From the NCBI RefSeq assembly GCF_041146345.1, contig NW_027191411.1, forward strand, positions 682,001-746,000: a stretch of DNA of 64,000 nucleotides, read 5' to 3'. The notes below the pieces were generated by a model. It was not told the DNA's origin. It saw only the letters and a list, made by a program, of their open reading frames with translations, and searched no databases. Origin of the DNA: Neodothiora populina (Eukaryota). Made by a program: the position numbers and the translations under genes. Of this stretch, positions 26,950-36,029 are shown one piece after another (the first letter of the stretch is position 1; each line of letters starts with the position of its first letter).

Positions 26950-27900
26950 AATATCGTCTGTGATTCGCATTACCGGCAAAAGAACGCATATATGCCACCC
27001 CCTTTCTCAGCCATATACCTTAGATAGTCACTTGCAAATGGTATAGTTTGCCTGAGGCACACACATATACAGTACAGTACAATCCACCTCCAAAGCAGCC
27101 CGAGTCAAAAGCACAAATCAGACGCGAACAAGCGAAACGACCCGATATGCCGGTCCGGAGAAAGCGAGCGCAGCCCTGTCCTGTCTGAACTCCTAACCCT
27201 AACGAGGAAAAAGCAGGATCAAGGAAAACTTACTACTGCAGCCCTACGGACACGACTACATCGAACCCACATGAGATGATTCCGGACGGTATTAAACCGA
27301 ATTAAATAATAATGAATGGGTTCTTTTGGCTCAACGTTTCTTCTTCTCTGCTTTTCGTGCTCTTCGCGCCACCCGTGTCTGGGATGGATTTTGAGTTTCT
27401 TTTCTCTTCGTTGCTTATTTTTCTCTGACCAGGTAGGTATTACTTGACGTGGTTGCGTAATGCGGTATTGCACTTACATACTACTATTTGTGTGCGGTAG
27501 GTATACTGCTGTTGCTAACCATCCATCAAACGCTTCGGCAAAACGATACAATTGTTCGAAGGAGAGAACACAGTCGTAGAAGAAGATATGCGGGAAGAAG
27601 AACATCGTTATTCAGATGCTGAAAAAGAACTAAAAAAAAATCCAACAAGCAAAACGCTCTTCCCAAATGGTATCTCTGTACTTTGCTCCCTTCGTCATCA
27701 TCATCATCACACCTCTTTTTATCGACAGCGAAGACATATAATATTCTGACATGTATGGTTAGCAACAGCAGTATCCCTCTCCGCATCCAATTTCAACCCG
27801 AAAGACCCTGTTTACATCTGCTTGTCGTAACGCGACGACGGAATGAAGATCCGCCAAAAAGAAACCTGTATTGAAAAAAGAAAAAAAGAAGTCTTGATTC
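26950..27900 (+). ncRNA. Candidate structured non-coding RNA, possibly telomerase RNA (boundaries approximate)
   Basis: CCTAACCCTAAC at 27192-27203; helix 27147-27160/27280-27292; long nested stem about 27493-27785; no credible ORF. Confidence 0.3.
27503..27774. repeat. Perfect 20-bp inverted repeat closing a long nested hairpin
   Basis: ATACTGCTGTTGCTAACCAT (27503-27522) is the exact reverse complement of ATGGTTAGCAACAGCAGTAT (27755-27774). Confidence 0.9.
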
Positions 27901-27920
27901 GTGAAAGAGAAAGGCCTCGT

Positions 27921-29507
27921 TTAACGACCACCAATCTGGTTCTTAGGAACCGGACGAACCCAAGCAAAAAGCAGGTTCAAGCCAAGAACAATGGCGCCGA
28001 TGATGTAGAAGGCCTGGCCATAGAGAGACACAGATGTGGCCTTTCCCTTGACGATTTGGGTCTCAACAGAGTATCTGAAGACGATGGCGAAGACGATACC
28101 GCCGAGGTTGCCTGCTGCGCCGACGACACCACTGACGATGCCGTTGGCGTGAGGGTGGACGTGTGGCACGAGGGAGTAGTTGAGTCCGTTGGCGCCCTCG
28201 AGGAAGAATGCCAGGCCACCGGATACGAGGCCGATCAGGGCCGCGGAACTGTGGGGGTTCGTCACGCCAATGATGATCATGAAGACACCGGTCATGGTAA
28301 CGTAGACGTGAAGAAGAACCTTCTTCGCCCACACACCACCGAATCGTCGGTAGGCAAAGTCGGAGACGATGCCTCCGAGGGGTCTGCAGATGACGTTGAA
28401 TAGACCGAACATTGCGGCCCAGTTTCCAGATTCTTGGAGAGTCATTGGCGTAAGATTGACTCTGTAGTAAGTTCCAAGGATGCTGTTGACCGAGAGTTCG
28501 GTTCCGAAGGTGCAGAAGTAACACACTGCCACTGCAAGGGTAGGGAGAGAGAATACAACTGACATAGCTTCTTTGAACGAGGGCTTCTGGACTACCTCGC
28601 CACGAGCAGTGTCGAGCATTTGCTCTTCGCCAAGCTGAGCCTCGTTATCGCCGAACACACCACGCGTCTCGTCGAGTTTCTTCTCCTCGCTGGCAATATC
28701 TCCAGTGGATGGAGAATCGGCACGCTTCTTCTCGTTGTTGGAGGCAGAGATCTCCCCGGGGATCTGGACAATGTCTCCCTCAACACCGTGCTGGCGGAGG
28801 TTGTTCTCGGCGACTTGGAAGCGATCCGCCCACTTGCCGGTGGGAGTGTCCTGGCAGCAGAAGAATAGAGCGAGAGCAACGGCAGTGATCAAGACACCGG
28901 GAACGATGAAGGAGATGCGCCATGAGGAGTGCTGGGAGACGCCGTCGCTAACAAGGGAGTTGTAGATTGCAGGCATGACGAAGTAAGTGATACCGCCACC
29001 TGCATTACCGAGACCAGCAGTCAAGGAGTTCGCAGTACCGACAATGTTCTTGTCGAAGAAGCCAGTCGTCCATACTTGGCAAGGCACGAATGAGCCACCA
29101 AGCACACCAATGAAGAAACGGATGACGTAAAGACCAGCTGGACTTGAGATGGTACCGGCGAGGAATGTAGGAATAGCACCGATGAGGAGACATGCTGCGA
29201 AAGTGATGCGAGGTCCGAAGCGATCACAAGCAGGGCCAGCAACGAGACGGACGAGAAGAGTAGCAGTCAAAGCAATGATGTTGGAGTTGGCAATTTCGTG
29301 CTTGGAGAGACCCATGTCCTTGGCAATAACATCGCTCAAGAGAGGTGGGAAGGCATACCATGACCAGAATGCAATCATGAAACCAAACCACGCAAAGAAA
29401 AATACGCGGCCGTATTTGTTGATAGGATTGAAGATGGGAACTGATCGAGCCTTTCCATTGATGGGGTTGACCGCAGGTGCGGCAACCATAGCCGTGAATA
29501 GACCCAT
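27921..29507 (-). CDS. nrtA: High-affinity nitrate/nitrite transporter (MFS, NRT2/NNP family, NrtA/CrnA-like)
   Basis: 528-aa intronless ORF; FFFAWFGFMIAFWSW, GPACDRFGPR, nitrate signatures AGLGNAGGG and GAAGNLGG, RPLGGIVSD. Confidence 0.92.
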   Translation of the reverse strand: MGLFTAMVAAPAVNPINGKARSVPIFNPINKYGRVFFFAWFGFMIAFWSWYAFPPLLSDVIAKDMGLSKHEIANSNIIALTATLLVRLVAGPACDRFGPRITFAACLLIGAIPTFLAGTISSPAGLYVIRFFIGVLGGSFVPCQVWTTGFFDKNIVGTANSLTAGLGNAGGGITYFVMPAIYNSLVSDGVSQHSSWRISFIVPGVLITAVALALFFCCQDTPTGKWADRFQVAENNLRQHGVEGDIVQIPGEISASNNEKKRADSPSTGDIASEEKKLDETRGVFGDNEAQLGEEQMLDTARGEVVQKPSFKEAMSVVFSLPTLAVAVCYFCTFGTELSVNSILGTYYRVNLTPMTLQESGNWAAMFGLFNVICRPLGGIVSDFAYRRFGGVWAKKVLLHVYVTMTGVFMIIIGVTNPHSSAALIGLVSGGLAFFLEGANGLNYSLVPHVHPHANGIVSGVVGAAGNLGGIVFAIVFRYSVETQIVKGKATSVSLYGQAFYIIGAIVLGLNLLFAWVRPVPKNQIGGR

Positions 29508-29784
29508 TGTTGTTTTATTATAGCAAGTAGATAAATGCGTTAACGAATTTTTTGTGGAAATTCCCAGAAAATTTGCGGAAGTGGCACCACCCGAGTAAGA
29601 ATATGTATGAAAAGATGCTATAGTAGTTCTGATCAGTCACAGGATGGTAAACAACTGAGCTGATTTATGGTCACATATGTGTGACACCCGTGAGGTTTAA
29701 TATTCGTCTTCCGACTATTGACGTCGATACGCAGGGTGATGCATCTCCGGTAGTTGTATTCACATAACGCCAAAGCAAAAGTAA

Positions 29785-30502
29785 GTCCGCGGGTGCAGAT
29801 CGCGGGAGCCTCACGTTCTTCGGGGCCCAGACGAGGTGAATGCTTGGCTAGATAAGGGATTCGAACGGTGTGAGCATGGTTCCACGAACCTCTAACTTGA
29901 CATCGATTTGACATCTCCGGCTTTGCTGACCTCGTAAGGACCGTGCAAAGGTCGAATCATATCACACAGTTGATCGTCACTCAAACCCTAGTGGTATTAT
30001 GCTACCGCCCAAGTCATATAACGAGATACTCGAAGTACGCTGAGCACAATCAACGTATTTTCACTTCAGACGTTCCATACGATAGGATTTCTCAAAAGTG
30101 ATAGTGTATGGTCGTAAACCCTTAGATGTATCCAAGCCGCATGCGTCAGATCTGCATAATAAAACATACAGCACATCGAGAAGCACTAAGGCGATCTCTC
30201 GTTGTTTTTGTCCCGGATCTTGGGAATCGTGAACTGCAATACCGTAAAAGTTGAGTGGTCGGTGGGGAGCTTGTGGGGGGACCGCTTATCTCTGTGACGC
30301 ACAGATGTCATCCAAGGAGCCGCTGAACCACTATGGAGACTGTTTCTTATCAGTTGTCCCTGGGTTAGCCTTCCAGGTTCCAATTACATATATACAAAGA
30401 TGCGCATTCCATCTTCTCCGCGGTTTGCTTTTTCGAAAGCTCCCTGCTTGGTAGCTAAGGCTGGCTGAGTTCTAGTACGCACTACACTTGATCTGCTTAT
30501 CT
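29785..30502. promoter_or_regulatory. NirA/NIT4 and AreA/NIT2 (GATA) site cluster upstream of the nitrate transporter
   Basis: CTCCGCGG 30416-30423 (matches CTCCGHGG); GTCCGCGG 29785-29792 (7/8). HGATAR at 29850, 30080, 30099 (+) and 30286, 30347, 30497 (-). Confidence 0.6.
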
Positions 30503-31527
30503 TCACTCTGCATTGTTGCTCACATTTGCTTTCTCCCAAGCCTGGGCGATGCTGATGGTGTACTGCATATCGAACGACGGCTTTAGACTTTGAACGGTAT
30601 ACGTTATTGAACCTTTCATCCCGTCTCCTTTTACAATAATACAGTAAACGTAGTTGGTCAGGACTATCTTCAGCAATTTGTTGAACTCGTGGTAGGGCAT
30701 GTGGTTATATAGAGTTCCGCCAATGATTCTACCCGCGTCCCTCTTATCTTTCAACGCAAGTCGACCAATCACTACTCGCTTCGTCATGGAAAGCACGAGG
30801 ATAGATACTTGGCAGGGACTATATCTATGGTTTTGCTATTTCGTGTATATACCTTACAGATTGGCGTGCGTCTGCCAACCTAATACATTGATACGTGTCT
30901 TTCGACTTGGAATGGGTTAGAGTTTCATGGACTTCTCATTCTGGAGATTCCTGGAAGTGCGACAGGGACTGATCATGATCTAGATCTGGGTCTTCGCTGG
31001 AATCTCAAGCCTCAAACCCGTAACTGCTTGCATGGTCTTGTGAGCAGCCTAGCTGATGCAGCAGATGCTTGATAGCGACCAATAAAGAAAACAAAAGCTA
31101 GGAAAAGGAGAGCAACAGGGAGGTATGATCTCATCTCGGTCATGATCCACCGAGTCTCATCAACCGAATAGCCTAATGAATATTGCCAGATGTTTCTCCG
31201 CAGAAACAGCGTTGTTGAGCATATGGGATGCGTAGCAGTGCCACGCCATACTTGGGCGACCCCCCGGACACATGTTAACGAGCACAGTGAGCTAAATTCT
31301 CTATGAGCCGTTCCCTGACATCGGTCTCCGCGAATGCGATGTCTGAGGATGAGTGAGTCTCTCGCAGAAACATGCAGGGAGGGCTCATTGGAAAGAGAAT
31401 TAGTGGAATGATATATAAGGAGAGACACCTAATATGGTAAAAGCGACGACGATCAGTCTGTCCTCGGAGATGTAGATGTAAGGGTGTGGTTGGGCTGTGC
31501 TTGGACCTGTGCCGATAAGTTCGTCGT

Positions 31528-32172
31528 CTACATAGAGTATGGTCGGAGATGTCCAATACGGATGTCCAAAACGGGCACATTCGGGATTGCGATGGAAAAA
31601 GAGAGAACCTGACAACATCTCCTAGGATCATGACTACTCATCATGTTGACAAAGCGGTGACTTGACGTGGTGCCACCAAGGGGCCGTGTTGCAAAGTGGA
31701 TAGCATGATCCCCTGTGAATGCTGTAATTGGCTCGCGTGATGAACGGCTCTTTTGCTCGTAAAGCCTTATGGGTGGCCTTGGGCGCAAGTCGTGCAGTCG
31801 AGATATTTGTTTCGGCAATGGTTGTTCTCCCTCCCGCTCCGACTTCGACCTGGGCGCCACTTTAGCATGCCATGTCCCAAACGTGTCGCCCAAGATTGAT
31901 GCCTCTGATGTGGATGAAGCAACTTTCAGGTCACTATTGAGCTTTAGGACTTCATGATAAAAGAGAGCCCTGGTCGCCGACTGTATGTCGCGTCGAGCAT
32001 CTGTGGCTGCTCCAACTCGGAGCGACTGATGAAGTCGCAGAACCTGATATCAGTACCGCAACACGTTCCTATGTGTAGCCTTGAGGAGCTTGAACTCGAA
32101 GCAATACAGAACGCCGGCTAAGCTGACACTCACCTCGCCAATCGTTGTCCTAAGCTTTCCTTGACCCGACAT
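31528..32172 (-). CDS. Candidate two-exon orphan gene (about 184 aa) or decaying gene
   Basis: acaATG at 32172; MSGQGKLRTTIGE; GTGAGT donor 32133; CTGAT...CAG acceptor 32044 joins in frame to ORF 31528-31893. No recognisable domain. Confidence 0.3.
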
Positions 32173-33442
32173 TGTCTAGACGGGAATGGCTGAACATCTG
32201 TATGCGAGACCAAAAGTCCTTATCCTGGCCGATACAACCTGATAACAACCGCAACAAGCTCTATGCCAGTTCGCCAGAAGCCGCCGGGAATCGTGCAATG
32301 TTTCATTGACTTCCATTCAGCTAGCGTACAGCAACATGGTGCGACGCCCCTATAACATGTTGCTGCATCAGAAGGGGATGCCCGATGGGTCAGTGATGAA
32401 AGCAGGCGACTCTCTACGGATACACGTCCGAGGTCGAGGCATGGACATAGCCACTGGCCAGAAGTCATCATCAGACCCACCCATGGCAAAGGCGGTTTGT
32501 CGTTCGTGATCATACTAATGAACAGCCTTCATTTGCGTCAACCTACTGCTAGATCCTCTGATCTCTCACAACTCCACACCAGCTACGGCTGTACCAAGGC
32601 TTGTGAGCAGGTGAACTGCTTTTGGCAATAGTGGACTACTCGAATGACTGTCTAGACGTGGTTGCATGTGACAAATGGTATAGATGGTCCAGCACTCATG
32701 AACATATATTCTGATCAGACACAGAGCGATTGCGGAGCTGGAGACAGGCCTGAGTGGGGGCAAGCAAGAGCGAAGATATATCCAACTGTGTCAGGAGTGG
32801 AACTGCTGTGCTGTCGACAGAGGGGGTGCTGTCATCATGAGAACCTACAGTCGAACGGGGCGCTGCGTCCTGTTCTGGTCCATTCTGCGTGCTTTGAATA
32901 GACGGACAGTGCCTAGATGATATGGTCAGCCAATGATGTTCCCTTTTCCTGAAGATAGCAGCAATATTGAACATGCAGTGAAGTATACGACAGGTACCTT
33001 AAGTACTTCACTTCCATGTCCGCCGAACCATTGCTAGCGCTGAACCAAATGATCTGCGCGGGCCGTCGCTGCCTCCTCCACGTGGGTCATTCTCTATCAA
33101 CTGTACAAAAACTTTGGGTTCTCGTAAGGGTATAACTCGTGGATAATGTTCAATAGACTACTTGTAGTATATCATGAAATCATTTTTTGGTCGTAGTACA
33201 GAGCCTTTGACAGACAAGGTATAACATAATGATAAAGTAATGTATGTTGGAGGCAATCGTCATGGTTGCAGGTACAGAACCCTGCGGTTTCATTGGTCGA
33301 GAATCGAAAGGTAAGGTAGCATGACTCGCGTTACACCAAAAGCTGCAGTGTTTAAATATACCTGTAATCGCAGTCCAAACCACTTTCCATGTCCACCTTG
33401 AGTCGATCGACTTCTTGCGCAATCCGACACCCGATCAAAGTC

Positions 33443-33814
33443 ATGTCGCCGCCCTTAACTTTGCCCACTTATATTTACAAGATCCTCCCAGAGGCGCCGC
33501 CGGAACCCCTCCCAGAAGCTTTACCACTCTCACCTTTGGACGCAGCAGATGGCTTCCTTCACTTGTCCACAGCCGATCAAACCCCTGCTACTGTGTCTCG
33601 CTTCTTCACTAGCCATGAGGCTGTCTGGATACTAAAGATCGCCCTCAAAAAGCTCGATGACGGTCCGGGAGAAGTCAAGTGGGAGACTAGCAGCAATCAC
33701 GGGGTCTTTGCGCATCTTTACGGCGCAAATATTGGCAAGGAGGAAATCGACGAAGTAATCAAGGTGGAAAGAGGCGGAGACTGGAGTCAGAAGTCTTGGA
33801 GTGGCATTCTATAG
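33443..33814 (+). CDS. DUF952 family protein
   Basis: YIYKIL, PLSPLDAADGFLHLST, VKWE, FAHLYG. Confidence 0.85.
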   Translation: MSPPLTLPTYIYKILPEAPPEPLPEALPLSPLDAADGFLHLSTADQTPATVSRFFTSHEAVWILKIALKKLDDGPGEVKWETSSNHGVFAHLYGANIGKEEIDEVIKVERGGDWSQKSWSGIL

Positions 33815-34328
33815 AAGGGCACATGCCGCACCTCTGGTTACAGTAGACGTACACTGCTGATCTCTAAATGCATCTTCTGCACGACAGCTAAGTCACAAGA
33901 GCATATGGAATGCCCGAAGTAGACGGAAACAATCTCAACCCAATTCCTCATGACATCGGGAAAACGTGACCGCCCGAAGAATGGTTGCGCTCTTGCATGG
34001 GACTATAGCCAAAGTGCTGTCAAATGGTTGAAGCACAAACTTGATATTCGTGAAACACGATTTGACCTCTACACGCTGGCATTTGATGAAGCATTGTCTG
34101 AGGGCTAGTGTCGAGGCAAGTTCTCGTGAAATGGGATCTGCCTCTTCAGCCTGGAAACTTTGCACCATTCGTTCGACGCAGATAGCTAGCACCGCGCCAC
34201 TACTATTCGGGTCAGCTGGTCGGCCAACGCCAAGCGCTGCCTCGTACATGGCAGTGAACGTAGAGCAGTTGTTAGCGGGCATTGAAAAAGGATGTGTATT
34301 TATTGCTGCACAGTACTCTTGATTTGTC

Positions 34329-35335
34329 TTATACCTGTGCACTCTCACCCTGCTGTGCTTCGGCTTTGACATTCTTCGGTACTACCTTCAAACTAAAGTC
34401 AACGTGGCCAACTCCTTGGTGGATGCTGCTTGTTGAGATAATGTCAATATCCGGACAGACATATGCCTCCACATTCTTCTCAGTCAAGCCACCTGATACC
34501 TCAACGAGCGGTGCTCTTACACCACGACCGTGTTGATCTTTGATGATCTTAGCGGCTTCCTTGAGTTCCCCGGGAGAGAAATTATCGAGCATTACGACGT
34601 CTGCACCGGCATTGATTGCTGCATGGGCCTCGGTCACTGTCTGACACTCCACTTCGACCTTTATAGCAAAGCCTCCGGCAGCCCTCGCGGCAGTGACTGC
34701 GTTGGGGATTGAACCGCAGGCCCAGATATGGTTATCTTTAAGCATGGTCATGGTACTGAGATCTTGTCGATGTGGATCACAACCACCTACAATCATGCCA
34801 TATTTCTCCACGATGCGAAAGCCGGGAGTGGTCTTTCTGGTGCCAGCCAGGATTCCTGAGTATCCTGCATTCTCAAGCAGTGTCTTGAGAGATTGGGATC
34901 TAGCGGCCGGGTCAGCAAGCTGTGCAAATTGTGGCCTTGAGGGCGTTAGAATCGACAAACTTACTTCGTGGCTATGCCGGAGCATCGCGCAAGCACATTC
35001 AATGCAACTCTCTCGCCTAACAAGAGGTTTCGTGTTGGGCCCCTTACGATAGCAATGCACTGCTTCTTTTCCTTTACTCCCACCTGTTCGCCCTCGGTAA
35101 CCTGCCACTCAACGGTGCAGCCGAGTTGGTTGAAAATCTCATCAAAGAATGGTACTCCGGCTAGGACACCAGCGGATTTTGCCAACAGGCGGGCTTCGGC
35201 GGGCGCAGAGCCTACAACGAATCCGCCATAATCGAAAGAAGGGGTGTCCTCTGCGAGCCAGGCAGTGATAATTGACGCCCACGAGGGAGGGAGGAGATCG
35301 GCCGGATTGCCGAGAGCTGGCGCTCCTTGTTTCAT
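34329..35335 (-). CDS. BNA6: Nicotinate-nucleotide pyrophosphorylase (quinolinate phosphoribosyltransferase)
   Basis: [47 protein letters not shown]; intron 34964-34900. Confidence 0.95.
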
Positions 35336-36029
35336 CGTTGTTCGCACCTTCACGGTAGTCGATCTAAGACTGGATCTCCAGTCACAGTGTCTCAGTCCAG
35401 TACTTCAATGTTACAGGTATATGCAAGTGCAAATATTGACAGATCAATGTGCTGACGGAAGAGCACCACGGCAAAAGCCAAAGACAGACCTTCTGGGGTT
35501 CTAAGTGGGGTCAGCGCGGGGCGAACAAGCACATTCATTTCCAACCGCCGCTTAAAGCCGATCTTTAATTATTATGCGACCTTAACCGCCAGCTTGACAT
35601 TGCCTACATATGTCCTTGCCATAGAACATAATCAATTCAAGCAGTCACTTCATGTGGGCGCCACTCTCGACTCCTCGATGCCCACAACTAGGATAATCGG
35701 CTCTTCTCGGCGTCTGCTCGCTGTTTTCCTGACAGCAGGACGCAGGCTATTGGCGCATACCTAGGCGCTTGGGTGATACCTCATCTGTTAGAAACATGGA
35801 TGTCGAATATCTATGGTCCAAACCGACATGTATACGTGATGCCTTGTGAATTGATTTGGACATGATCTATTCATACCATAACTAATATACTGCAGTCAGC
35901 ATTGGTCAGTCAGTGACAGATTCGATATGGCATATATACTTGACCTACAATACCTTCTCGAATCAGCAAGTCATTATTTCCTTCGTCCCACCGCCACTAT
36001 TCATTCTGACATATTATTGTACATACCAT

